Positions 1 through 9,422 of a stretch of 48,573 nt of DNA are shown here, piece by piece. Numbering within the stretch: the stretch's first letter is position 1; every line of letters begins with the position of its first letter. This stretch comes from Cytophagaceae bacterium (GTDB taxonomy: Bacteria; Bacteroidota; Bacteroidia; Cytophagales; Spirosomataceae). A program made the translations under genes and the position numbers. A model generated the notes under the pieces. The model saw only the letters and a list, made by a program, of their open reading frames with translations. It was not told where the DNA came from and did not search any database. The stretch covers positions 1 through 48,573 of the forward strand of contig CANFWR010000001.1 in assembly GCA_947450865.1 (NCBI GenBank). The letters run 5' to 3'.

Positions 1-654
1 GAATATGCCTTGTCGAATATCGGCTTTAACCTGGCGTCACGTGTGAAAGATTTTGATATCAATATGGGTGGTAGTTTTGACCCCTATTTGTATGTGGCCG
101 ATCCGTTATTCTTTGATATCGGACGCAGAACGCCAGACTACATGTTCAGCCAAGGGGCAGGGTTAGCGCGTTTACAAGGATTTAATTTCTCGATTGGTCG
201 CCGTTTCTCTGCTGGAAAAACAAAGCCAAAAGAGAACAAGAATGCCAGTGAGGCCCAAATGAATCAAATCAACCGAAACCTAGACGACTATGTCGACTGG
301 AATGTGCCTTGGAATTTCTCGTTCTCCTACCAATACAGTATGAACAAGACGGGTTTAGCCTCGCCACAAAACATCAGCGGTCTAAGCTTCCAAGGGGATT
401 TGAGTCTATCCGAAAAATGGAAGTTCTCGGTAACGTCTGGCTTTGACTTTAAGTACAAGGGCTTGACCTACACGAATATGTCCGTGCACCGCGACCTGCA
501 TTGCTGGGAAATGAACTTTAACTGGACGCCTATCGCGAGCCCATTCTATGGACGCGCGAGTAACTATTCCTTTGACCTTCGCGTAAAATCAACGCTCTTG
601 CAAGACCTGAAACTGTCTCGCAGACGTAGTTTTTACGATAAAGGCGGATTCTAG
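1..654 (+). CDS. lptD: Putative LPS-assembly protein LptD, C-terminal part (5' truncated by window)
   Basis: Beta-barrel-like C-terminus with 'VPWNFSFSY', 'SGFDF', 'HRDLHCWEMNFNW', 'LLQDLK', typical of Bacteroidota LptD-like proteins. Confidence 0.75.
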   Translation, partial: EYALSNIGFNLASRVKDFDINMGGSFDPYLYVADPLFFDIGRRTPDYMFSQGAGLARLQGFNFSIGRRFSAGKTKPKENKNASEAQMNQINRNLDDYVDWNVPWNFSFSYQYSMNKTGLASPQNISGLSFQGDLSLSEKWKFSVTSGFDFKYKGLTYTNMSVHRDLHCWEMNFNWTPIASPFYGRASNYSFDLRVKSTLLQDLKLSRRRSFYDKGGF

Positions 655-1310
655 TGCAATTTAGACTTGAACGCCTTTAAGAACTTATCCATCTTAGGTT
701 TGATGACGATTTGGCAATAAGGCTCCGTTCCATTTTCATTGAAATAGTTCTGATGGTAATCCTCCGCCACATAAAATTCAGATGCCGGTGTAATCTCCGT
801 TACAATCGGATTAGGGAAAACATGTTGCGCATTCAACTTTTGCTTCCAAGCCTCCGCTTCTTTTTGTTGTTCCGGCGTATGGAAAAACACCGCACTACGG
901 TATTGCGTGCCCGTATCAGCTCCTTGTCTATTTAAAGTGGTAGGATCATGTGTCTGCCAAAAAATCTCCAACAATGTCGCCACATCCACTTCCTTAGGGT
1001 CATAAGCTAACTGACATACTTCTGCGTGTCCCGTAAGCCCTGAACAAACCTCGCGATAGGTTGGATTCTTCATCTTCCCTCCCATATAGCCTGACGTGAC
1101 CGATTTCACCCCTTTCACGCGCTGAAATACGGCCTCTACACACCAGAAGCATCCCGCTCCAAACGTAATTTTATCTAATTTCTGATCCATCTTATTTGTT
1201 TGATTTTTTAAACCTGCCTCCTTTTTTTCGCCGGCACTTCCGCACGAAAAATGAAATGCGCTCGTGATGATACTCAACACAATTACCGTAATTTTCGAGA
1301 TCTTTTTCAT
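651..1310 (-). CDS. msrA: Peptide-methionine (S)-S-oxide reductase, probable lipoprotein
   Basis: GCFWC active site, GHAEV, HDPT, AEDYHQNY; ATG at 1310 gives signal peptide MKKISKITVIVLSIITSAFHFS-C. Confidence 0.95.
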   Translation of the reverse strand: MKKISKITVIVLSIITSAFHFSCGSAGEKKEAGLKNQTNKMDQKLDKITFGAGCFWCVEAVFQRVKGVKSVTSGYMGGKMKNPTYREVCSGLTGHAEVCQLAYDPKEVDVATLLEIFWQTHDPTTLNRQGADTGTQYRSAVFFHTPEQQKEAEAWKQKLNAQHVFPNPIVTEITPASEFYVAEDYHQNYFNENGTEPYCQIVIKPKMDKFLKAFKSKLH

Positions 1311-1366
1311 CTTATTGTTTTTTAGCACTAATTTCGCTTCCCAAATTACCTAATTTTCGTTCAAAC

Positions 1367-1984
1367 TTGAAACAAACCTGGAAAGCTGCCTTTACTGACC
1401 GAACCTTTGTCCTACAGTTCATAGGGGCATTAGCTGTGTTCCTTATTTTCCCTTTTAAAGCGGATAATTATTTCCAATGGATTCAATTACGTGAAGGAAT
1501 CCAGTGGAACGATCCCTTACTAAACGCGATTCCGGCCCTAAATGTTTCCTACCCCATTTTTGGGATCATTTATTTATCTGTTATTTACTTACTGTATCGA
1601 CTACTGCAAGATCCTAAAAGATTCGTTTGGTTCGCCTGGGCGTTCAATCTGGAGACTGGATTTCGATTTATAACCATCTATCTAGTGGCCTTAAATCCTC
1701 CTGCGGGCTTAGTTGATTTACACGATCCCTTAGCTGAAATGTTCATTTACGGCGAAAATATGGCCATCACAAAGGACCTGTTCTTTTCCGGACACACGGC
1801 GACTATGGTTTTTGTTTGCTTCTTTTTGCCTACGGCAAAGGAAAGACGTATCGCCGTTGTTTTCAGCTTCGTACTAGCTAGCCTATTATTGCTCCAACAC
1901 GTACACTACAGCTTGGATATAGTGGCTGCACCGCTGTTTACACTGGCGGCCATCTGGATCGTTAAGAAGGTAGGTATTATTTAG
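1367..1984 (+). CDS. PAP2-superfamily membrane protein, sphingomyelin/IPC-synthase-like (PAP2_C)
   Basis: About 6 hydrophobic segments; motifs DLFFSGHT and HYSLDI match the SMS-family catalytic motifs. Confidence 0.75.
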   Translation: MKQTWKAAFTDRTFVLQFIGALAVFLIFPFKADNYFQWIQLREGIQWNDPLLNAIPALNVSYPIFGIIYLSVIYLLYRLLQDPKRFVWFAWAFNLETGFRFITIYLVALNPPAGLVDLHDPLAEMFIYGENMAITKDLFFSGHTATMVFVCFFLPTAKERRIAVVFSFVLASLLLLQHVHYSLDIVAAPLFTLAAIWIVKKVGII

Positions 1985-3896
1985 ACGATTTCTTGTCTAA
2001 TGTCTCAAACACCGAATTGTTTGATTTGTACTCCGGAATAATCTCCTTGATTTTGGCCACAATTGAATTGTTCGTACCACTTGATAATAAGTGATTCAAA
2101 TCATTCGTCGCCACTTCCATATAAGCATAGGAAGGCGTATTAACTTCTGCGATCAAGATCTTAGGGTGGTGCGTAGGAAGCGTATTCTCGTCGTTATTCA
2201 ACAACTCCTCATACAACTTCTCGCCTGGACGTAAACCCGTGTAACGAATCTCAATATCTTTATCGACACGTAGACCGCTCAATGTAATCATCTTCTTCGC
2301 TAGGTCAATAATCTTCACAGATTCGCCCATATCGAAGACAAAAACTTCTCCTCCTTGTCCCATGGTTGCTGCCTCTAGCACGAGTTCGCAGGCCTCAGGA
2401 ATGGTCATGAAATACCGAGTAATTTCTGGGTGAGTCACCGTTACAGGACCGCCACGCTCAATTTGCTTTTTGAACAAGGGAATCACGGAACCGTTTGAGC
2501 CTAACACGTTACCAAAACGAGTCGCAATAAACTTCGTCTTAACACCTTCCAGCTGGTTCATCGACTGCGTATACATCTCGGCTAAACGCTTCGTCGCTCC
2601 CATCACATTCGTCGGATTCACGGCCTTGTCAGTCGAAACCATCACAAATTTCTCTACCCCTACTTCAGCCGCTAATTCAGATAAAATTCGGGTACCGATT
2701 ACATTCGTCTTAATCGCCTCGTATGGATTGTTCTCCATCAAAGGAACGTGCTTGTAAGCTGCCGCGTGGAAAATAATATCCGGACGGTGGGTTTTGAAAA
2801 TCTTACTGACGCGACGAGTATCTGACACGTCTGCTATATTCACGATTAGCTGCACATTCGTAGGAACCTTACCGGCTAATTCATATTCTAAATCATACAA
2901 GGCCGATTCTGCCTGATCCACTAGCACTAATTTAGCAGGGAAATAAGCGATCAATTGTCGAACAATTTCACTACCAATAGATCCCGCAGCACCGGTTACT
3001 AGAATTACCTTACCAGAAATCTCCTCGCCTATGCGTTTGTTATTCATTTGAATCACCTCACGACCTAATAGATCCTCGATCTTCACGTTGTGAATTTGGT
3101 TCATCGCAAACTCCCCTTCTACCCACTTATCTACTGGAGGAAGGGCTTTTACCACCACTCCGCGATCTAAGAAGATATCCGAAATCTTGCGCTTCGATTT
3201 AGCCGACATATTATTGATGGCCATAATTACCTCTAAGCCCTCATTCGATCCCACAAACTTATCTAGTACTTCTGGTAAGCTATATACCTTAATTCCTTCG
3301 ATGGTTTTCCCTATTTTGGACTCATTATCGTCGATAAAGCCAAGAATTTTGTAGTTAGTACTGCGGTCTGTTTGGAACACATTCTTTGTCAACATTCCCG
3401 TATAACCCGCACCGTAAATCAATACGCCAATCGTAGGCTTGAACTGATTGATAAAGGATTCATAAAAACTCTTCACGAAGAAGCGAAGAATGACCATCCA
3501 AAACAGACAGATGAAAAAGTCAATGATTAGGATAGATGCCGATAAATTAAAGACGTGTTCGAATCCTAAGGTGTTTCTGATCACTCCAGAAATCAATACA
3601 GCACCAAAAGTACCCGTAAATACGGCTTTTAAAATCAATATGGCATCTTCAATACTCGTGTGGCGAATAATACCCGCGTAAGATTGAAAATACAAAAAGG
3701 CTAACAGACGTAGACCTAGTACAAAAACCAATTGAGAGGCGAACACTGAGAAATCAATTTCCGTTAATTGGAAATTCATTCTCAAAAATGTAGCAATAGA
3801 AAATGAGAAGATGACGATTAACGAGTCAAAGACTAAAACCAGCCACCTTGAGAGAAAGCGATTTGAATATTTCCGGATGAAGGAAGACTTTGTCAT
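1977..3896 (-). CDS. CapD/PglF/WbpM-family nucleotide-sugar 4,6-dehydratase
   Basis: 4 N-terminal TM helices; TGAAGSIGSE, HAAAYKHVP, STDKAV, RFGNVLGS, GLRPGEKLYEEL. Confidence 0.93.
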   Translation of the reverse strand: MTKSSFIRKYSNRFLSRWLVLVFDSLIVIFSFSIATFLRMNFQLTEIDFSVFASQLVFVLGLRLLAFLYFQSYAGIIRHTSIEDAILILKAVFTGTFGAVLISGVIRNTLGFEHVFNLSASILIIDFFICLFWMVILRFFVKSFYESFINQFKPTIGVLIYGAGYTGMLTKNVFQTDRSTNYKILGFIDDNESKIGKTIEGIKVYSLPEVLDKFVGSNEGLEVIMAINNMSAKSKRKISDIFLDRGVVVKALPPVDKWVEGEFAMNQIHNVKIEDLLGREVIQMNNKRIGEEISGKVILVTGAAGSIGSEIVRQLIAYFPAKLVLVDQAESALYDLEYELAGKVPTNVQLIVNIADVSDTRRVSKIFKTHRPDIIFHAAAYKHVPLMENNPYEAIKTNVIGTRILSELAAEVGVEKFVMVSTDKAVNPTNVMGATKRLAEMYTQSMNQLEGVKTKFIATRFGNVLGSNGSVIPLFKKQIERGGPVTVTHPEITRYFMTIPEACELVLEAATMGQGGEVFVFDMGESVKIIDLAKKMITLSGLRVDKDIEIRYTGLRPGEKLYEELLNNDENTLPTHHPKILIAEVNTPSYAYMEVATNDLNHLLSSGTNNSIVAKIKEIIPEYKSNNSVFETLDKKSSK

Positions 3897-4001
3897 AATT
3901 TGAATCTTCTAAACACGGTTAGATTTCAATGACAAAATTACAAATATAATCCCGTTAATAGCCCAAAATTTATCAAACGGCGAATTTTGTAGACGAACGG
4001 A

Positions 4002-5027
4002 CTATTGCTTCCCGAAACCCGGAGCCGTTAAATCGACGATTGCATCCGATTTCATAACCATTACCCTTTCATTCCTGATATTTGTCATATATCCTATAGC
4101 GGTAACATCAGCGATCTTTTCTACTTTGGGAAAATCCTCTTGAGAAACCGTAAATAAAAGTTCGAAATCCTCTCCTCCATTCAGGGCTGCCGTTAAAGGA
4201 CTGACGTTGAATTCCGTGGCAGAAAGATATGTCTCATCGTCAATGGGAATGTTTTTTTCGAAAATGCGCGCACCTAAACCGGATGCATTGCACAAATGAA
4301 TGATTTCTGAGGCTAATCCATCCGAACAATCGATCATCGACGTAGGAACCACGCCTAATTCTCTCAACTCGTGGATAATATCGAAACGAGCCATCGGTTT
4401 CAGCTGACGCAATACGACATAGCTTTTGCCCTCTAATTCCGGTTTCATATCCGGATTAGCTAAGAACACCTGTTTTTCTCTTTCCAAAGAATGCAAACCC
4501 ATCAACGCTGCGCCTAAATCACCTGAAACACATAGGACATCATTTGGCTTCGAAGTGCCGCGCTGTACTAATTTATCCGCTTCCACCACTCCCGTAGCAG
4601 TCATTGAAATAATCAAACCTTGCGGACTAGAAGTCGTGTCTCCTCCCACTAAATCCACTTTGTATTCTTCACAGGCTAAACGAATCCCTTCATAAAGCGC
4701 GTCTACTGATTCCACCGAGAAGCGATTACTCAAGCCTAAACCTATCGTGATTTGAGCTGGAATGGCGTTCATCGCAGCAATGTCAGAGAGAACCACAGAA
4801 ACGACTTTGAAGCCCAAGTGCTGCAACGGGGTATAACCTAGGTCAAAATGAACACCCTCGATGAATAATTCGGTGGTAGTGACTACCTTATTTCCTTTGG
4901 GATCCAAAACCGCGGTATCATCTCCTATACCCAGGTCAGTCCAGGCTTGTTTTTCTGTAAACTGAGAAGCAATGTGTTTGATTAAACCAAACTCACCAAT
5001 TTCCCCTATTTCTGTTCTCTTTTCCAT
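4002..5027 (-). CDS. thiL: Thiamine-monophosphate kinase
   Basis: GEFGLI, GIGDDTAV, EGVHFD, GGDT, DCSDGL, GGEDFELLFT; ATG at 5027. Confidence 0.95.
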   Translation of the reverse strand: MEKRTEIGEIGEFGLIKHIASQFTEKQAWTDLGIGDDTAVLDPKGNKVVTTTELFIEGVHFDLGYTPLQHLGFKVVSVVLSDIAAMNAIPAQITIGLGLSNRFSVESVDALYEGIRLACEEYKVDLVGGDTTSSPQGLIISMTATGVVEADKLVQRGTSKPNDVLCVSGDLGAALMGLHSLEREKQVFLANPDMKPELEGKSYVVLRQLKPMARFDIIHELRELGVVPTSMIDCSDGLASEIIHLCNASGLGARIFEKNIPIDDETYLSATEFNVSPLTAALNGGEDFELLFTVSQEDFPKVEKIADVTAIGYMTNIRNERVMVMKSDAIVDLTAPGFGKQ

Positions 5028-5034
5028 ATAACAC

Positions 5035-5060
5035 AAAAAGCCGCCACGAGGACGGCTTTA
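5035..5060 (-). terminator. Probable intrinsic terminator after the lipoprotein gene
   Basis: AAAAAGCCG-ccacgagga-CGGCTTT hairpin with T-tract on minus strand. Confidence 0.5.
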
Positions 5061-5076
5061 CTAAAATCTATTCTTA

Positions 5077-5562
5077 TTAAGGATTAACTAGAGCTAACTT
5101 TACGATAGCGCTACTTGCTTTTACGTAAGCAGCCGATTGTTGTAGACTTAAACCGGTTGTTGTAGGCGTTGCTAAAATCGTGTAGATAATAGTTCCTCCC
5201 GTTCCTGTAGGTGCCCCCTCAGCACTTGTCAAACCACTTAATGTAAGCGATAAGCCATCGGTCGCAACCGTATAAGTTCCTGTAAATATTTTACCGTCAA
5301 ACTCCGTTAAGGTCACAGAACCAGCGGTTGATAAATCTAATTTGTATTGAGAATACCCTTGAACCACGTTAGAAGAACTGGTCTTATCGTATTTCGTTAC
5401 GCCATCCCATTGGGCAGAACTAACCGTCCACACTTTCTTTACCAAAGTCGCTACATTCACCGTTGGGGTAGGAGGAGTAGGGGTAGGGGTAGGTGCCGGA
5501 TCTCCGCCACCGCCACAAGACAGCACTGAAATGGTTAATAATAGGAATAAGAACTGTTTCAT
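5077..5562 (-). CDS. Hypothetical lipoprotein with Pro/Thr linker and lipocalin-like beta domain
   Basis: Signal peptide ending VLS-C, GGGG-DPAPTPTPTPPTPT linker, 'LVKKVWTV' and Thr/Gly-rich strands. Confidence 0.65.
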   Translation of the reverse strand: MKQFLFLLLTISVLSCGGGGDPAPTPTPTPPTPTVNVATLVKKVWTVSSAQWDGVTKYDKTSSSNVVQGYSQYKLDLSTAGSVTLTEFDGKIFTGTYTVATDGLSLTLSGLTSAEGAPTGTGGTIIYTILATPTTTGLSLQQSAAYVKASSAIVKLALVNP

Positions 5563-5646
5563 GTTCGAGGGGTTTACGATGTAAAATTAAAAATCTTTCT
5601 GAAAAAAAGGCGGGTTTGGCCCTTTTTATTTAGCTTCGTGTAAAAT

Positions 5647-5874
5647 ATGAAGACATATACGCGCGGACAGTTAGCCCTTCGAAATGGGCAAGACAAGCCT
5701 GAGATTTGGGTCGCCTTTCAGGGGCTCATTTACGATATGACGGAGTCCAAATTGTGGAAAAATGGCAAACATTACGAACATTGGGCAGGACAGGATTTAA
5801 CCCCTGAACTAGCTGATGCGCCACATTCCGAGAAAGTCTTTGAGAAATTTACCCCCATCGGAATCTTAGCTTAG
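5647..5874 (+). CDS. Cytochrome b5-like heme/steroid-binding protein
   Basis: WVAFQGLIYDMT, HWAGQDLT, APH pattern. Confidence 0.85.
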   Translation: MKTYTRGQLALRNGQDKPEIWVAFQGLIYDMTESKLWKNGKHYEHWAGQDLTPELADAPHSEKVFEKFTPIGILA

Positions 5875-5875
5875 T

Positions 5876-6727
5876 ATGATATTAATCGTTGAAAGTGGTT
5901 CGACTAAAACAGCCTGGAGACTGATAAAGGATCCGGCCTCTGCTTATGAAAGTTTTAGTAGTGCGGGAATTAATCCTTACTACCAAACAACTCATGAAAT
6001 CACAGCAGCCCAAACGGCAGTGTTAACCGGATTTGCGGGCCTACCCATTCAAGCCATCTATTATTACGGTACCGGAGTAACGGGGGAGGCGCAATGCGAG
6101 GTGATTGCAGCCGCATTTCGGCCCTATTTCCCTAGTACTTGTTCACTTGAAATCCAGAACGACCTCATAGCGGCCGCGAGATCGCTTTGTGGGAAAGAGG
6201 CTGGGATTGCGTGTATTTTAGGAACGGGATCGAATTCCGGTTATTGGGATGGCGGGCGAATTTCGGCGCAAATTCCTCCATTGGGATTTTGGTTAGGTGA
6301 TGAGGGAAGCGGAGGACATTTAGGCAAATTGTTGCTTTTGAGTTATTTACATGGCCAAATGCCTGTAGAGATTCGAGGCGTTTTTGAGAAGCGTTTTGGG
6401 GTTCTTGACCGATTAACCGTATTAGACAAGGCCTACAAACAAGCCTTTCCTAATCGCTGGTTTGCAAGTTTCTCAAAATTCCTGTTCGATCACCGCCGAG
6501 ATGCTTTTTGTTATGGTTTGATCGAACAATCTTTTGATGCCTTTATTTCCCTGTATTTAAAAAGATACACGGAAGCCCCAGTTTTTCATTTCACGGGCTC
6601 TGTGGCCTTCTATTATTCCGATATCTTGAAACAAGTGATGAAAAAAAATAGTTTACCTGTTGGACATATCAGCGAAGGACCGATGGCGGGTCTTTGCTTG
6701 TATCATAAGGGGGAATTTTGGCCATAA
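5876..6727 (+). CDS. N-acetylglucosamine kinase-like (BadF/BadG/BcrA/BcrD ATPase family)
   Basis: ESGSTKT, GINPY, ILGTGSN, LGDEGSG, FTGSVA. Confidence 0.88.
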   Translation: MILIVESGSTKTAWRLIKDPASAYESFSSAGINPYYQTTHEITAAQTAVLTGFAGLPIQAIYYYGTGVTGEAQCEVIAAAFRPYFPSTCSLEIQNDLIAAARSLCGKEAGIACILGTGSNSGYWDGGRISAQIPPLGFWLGDEGSGGHLGKLLLLSYLHGQMPVEIRGVFEKRFGVLDRLTVLDKAYKQAFPNRWFASFSKFLFDHRRDAFCYGLIEQSFDAFISLYLKRYTEAPVFHFTGSVAFYYSDILKQVMKKNSLPVGHISEGPMAGLCLYHKGEFWP

Positions 6728-6784
6728 ATTCGTAAATTGCGACACGAATAAAACGCCTAAGTCAACAAAACTAACACATTGCCT

Positions 6785-8194
6785 ATGACATCGCACATTA
6801 AATCCATAGGGACTAAACAGAAAGCACTTCAAATCAATTTAGACCGCAGCATCTACGGTTCCTTCGCGGAAATAGGAGCGGGTCAAGATGTGGCTGCCAA
6901 TTTCTTCAAAGCAGGTGGAGCTTCAGGCACCATCGCTAAAACGATTTCTGCTTACGATATGGCTTTTTCGGATGCCATTTATGGGGAGGAAGCTTCTGGA
7001 AAATATGTGTGCGAGCCGCGTTTAATGAAAATGTTAAACCGGGAGTTTAAATTATTAAATGTGCGTTTGACGGAATCTGCTTCTGAAAAACGCTTCTTTG
7101 CATTTGCAGACACGGTTTCTGCCTTGAATTTCCAAAAGAGCAACGATGCCCACGGCTGGATCGGTTTACGTTTTCAATTAACTCCGAACGGCGGGTTTAA
7201 CGATGTCGTTATCCACGTGAATATGTTGGATAATGACAATATCTTGCAACAACAGGCTTTAGGAGTTATTGGAGTGAATCTATTATATGGCTGCTACCAT
7301 TACTACGAAAATCCAGAAAAGTTATTATTGTCCCTGTTAGATGATTTGTCCAAAGACCGGATCGAAATCGATATGATTCGCTTCGAGGGGCCAGATTTCA
7401 AGGAGGTAGACAATCGCTTGATGTCACTTTATTTAGTGAAGCACGGATATACGCAGGCGGCGGTTTTTGGACCGGATGGCAAGGTGATGCAGCCCTATGA
7501 TGCTTTGGCAAAAAAACACATCGTGGCCGTTCGCGGTCGTTTCCGTCCTGTGACGAATATCTTCTCGGATATGTTGAAAAAAGGCGTCGCTCAGTTCGAG
7601 CAAGAACCCGATGTGGATGATGATAAAATCTGCGTTCTGTCCGAATTAACGCTGAAAAGCTTAGAGAATGAGACACACAAAATCGATGAGAAAGACTTTC
7701 TAGATCGCGTAGATATCTTGTGTTCTTTAGGCCAAACCGTACTGATCTCGAATTTCCACGAATACTTCAAATTAGTCGACTTTTTAAGTCAATTCTCTAA
7801 GTTAAAAATGGCCTTAGTCATGGGTATGCCTAACTTAGAATATATCTTCGAGGAGAAACATTACAAAGAAGTTCCGGGTGGGATTATGAGTGCTTTTGGC
7901 TGTTTATTTGGCCAAAATATCAAATTATACCTCTACCCTACCGTCGCTGAAAATGGGACCATTATTCACCTGAAAAATTTCGAACCAGAAGCCCATTTGA
8001 ATGGTCTATTTCGGTATTTGTTAGACAATGAGAAGCTAGCGGAGATTCATAACTACGATGAAAAACTGATGAATATTCGTACGGACAAGGTACTTGAAAT
8101 GATTCAATCCGGTGGTGATGAGTGGATACCATTAGTCCCGAAATCAGTTGCTAAAATGATCAAAGAGAATTCACTCTTTGGCTACCAAGCCTAA
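6785..8194 (+). CDS. Conserved Bacteroidota protein with C-terminal nucleotidyltransferase-like (NadD-like) domain
   Basis: N-terminal YGSFAEIGAGQ/GGASGTIAK; C-terminal half GRFRPVT ... WIPLVPKSVAKMIKENSLF resembles the HIGH-fold; no signal peptide. Confidence 0.6.
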   Translation: MTSHIKSIGTKQKALQINLDRSIYGSFAEIGAGQDVAANFFKAGGASGTIAKTISAYDMAFSDAIYGEEASGKYVCEPRLMKMLNREFKLLNVRLTESASEKRFFAFADTVSALNFQKSNDAHGWIGLRFQLTPNGGFNDVVIHVNMLDNDNILQQQALGVIGVNLLYGCYHYYENPEKLLLSLLDDLSKDRIEIDMIRFEGPDFKEVDNRLMSLYLVKHGYTQAAVFGPDGKVMQPYDALAKKHIVAVRGRFRPVTNIFSDMLKKGVAQFEQEPDVDDDKICVLSELTLKSLENETHKIDEKDFLDRVDILCSLGQTVLISNFHEYFKLVDFLSQFSKLKMALVMGMPNLEYIFEEKHYKEVPGGIMSAFGCLFGQNIKLYLYPTVAENGTIIHLKNFEPEAHLNGLFRYLLDNEKLAEIHNYDEKLMNIRTDKVLEMIQSGGDEWIPLVPKSVAKMIKENSLFGYQA

Positions 8195-8195
8195 T

Positions 8196-8227
8196 AAAAA
8201 AGCCCTGATCTCTCAGGGCTTTTTTTT
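8196..8227. terminator. Bidirectional intrinsic terminator
   Basis: A6-GCCCTGA-tctc-TCAGGGC-T8 between convergent genes. Confidence 0.9.
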
Positions 8228-9326
8228 ATTTCATTAGATCAATAAACTGATCAAATAAGTAACGAGAATCGTGTGGTCCAGGGCTAGCTTCTGGGTGATG
8301 TTGAACCGAGAATGCTTTGCGTCCTTTCACGCGTAAACCTTCGACTGTTTGGTCATTCAGGTTAATATGTGTCAATTCAGCTTGATCAGATGCTTTCAAC
8401 TCATCCAGCTGAACCGCAAAACCGTGATTTTGAGAAGTGATTTCAGAAAGACCCGTCATTAAGTTTTTCACTGGGTGATTTAAACCGCGGTGACCGTTGT
8501 GCATTTTGTATGTAGATAAGCCTACTACTTGTGCTAAGATTTGGTGACCTAAACAAATCCCAAAAACAGGTTTGTCGCTATTCAAAAATTCCTTCACGGT
8601 ATCAATCGCATAGGACATTACCGCTGGATCCCCAGGACCATTCGAAACGAAATAGCCATCTGGATTCCACGCAGAAATTTCAGCAAATGAAGTCTTAGCT
8701 GGGAATACTTTTAAATAACATCCTCGCTCCGCAATGTTTGATAAGATGCTTCTTTTCACCCCTAAATCTAACACCGCTACTTTGCGTTCCGCCTTCTCAT
8801 CACCTAAGAAATAGGCTTCTTGCGTACACACTTGAGACGATAATTCTAAGCCTTCCATCGATGGGATTTTATCCAAAGCCGCTTTTAAGGCCACTTCATC
8901 AAAAATTTCAGAAGAGATCAGACAGTTCATCACCCCTTTTGTACGAATGTGTCGTACTAAAGCACGTGTGTCAATACCTGAAATTCCTACGATTCCTGCA
9001 TTAGCCAAATAATCTTGTAAAGAACCATCTGCCGTTTCACGTGAGTGAACGCTAGCAAATTCGTTACACACCATACCGGCGATTTGGACCTTGTTCGATT
9101 CCGCCTCTTTTTCTTGCATTACACCGTAATTCCCAATGTGAGCCGTCGTGTTGATAATGACTTGGCCCGCATAAGAGGGATCAGTATAAATTTCTTGATA
9201 ACCCGTCATACCGGTGTTAAAACAGATCTCACCTCCGTGAGTTCCTATTTTCCCTAGTGCTTTCCCGTGGAAAATAGTTCCGTCTTGTAACAATAAAACC
9301 GCTGGTGTGGACTCAGTAAATCTCAT
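8226..9326 (-). CDS. carA: Carbamoyl-phosphate synthase small subunit
   Basis: FNTGMTGYQE, SNGPGDP, GICLGHQ, HPEASPGPHD. Confidence 0.97.
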   Translation of the reverse strand: MRFTESTPAVLLLQDGTIFHGKALGKIGTHGGEICFNTGMTGYQEIYTDPSYAGQVIINTTAHIGNYGVMQEKEAESNKVQIAGMVCNEFASVHSRETADGSLQDYLANAGIVGISGIDTRALVRHIRTKGVMNCLISSEIFDEVALKAALDKIPSMEGLELSSQVCTQEAYFLGDEKAERKVAVLDLGVKRSILSNIAERGCYLKVFPAKTSFAEISAWNPDGYFVSNGPGDPAVMSYAIDTVKEFLNSDKPVFGICLGHQILAQVVGLSTYKMHNGHRGLNHPVKNLMTGLSEITSQNHGFAVQLDELKASDQAELTHINLNDQTVEGLRVKGRKAFSVQHHPEASPGPHDSRYLFDQFIDLMK

Positions 9327-9366
9327 AAAATGCTGTTATAAAATAAGGGTCAAATGCTCATTACCT

Positions 9367-9401
9367 AAAAAAAGGGCTTCAACGGAAAGTTGAAGCCCTT
9401 T
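9367..9401 (-). terminator. Intrinsic terminator of the alpha operon (after rplQ)
   Basis: A7-GGGCTTCAAC-ggaaa-GTTGAAGCCC-TTT. Confidence 0.9.
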
Positions 9402-9422
9402 AAAAAAATTGAAAGAGAAAGA

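Noticed and set aside
5028-5076. TPP riboswitch upstream of thiL
   Set aside because: The spacer is under 50 nt, holds only a terminator-like hairpin and lacks the TPP aptamer motifs.
5602-5627. A-tract/hairpin/T-tract between divergent genes as a terminator
   Set aside because: The stem is weak and no gene ends here; more likely part of the divergent promoter region.
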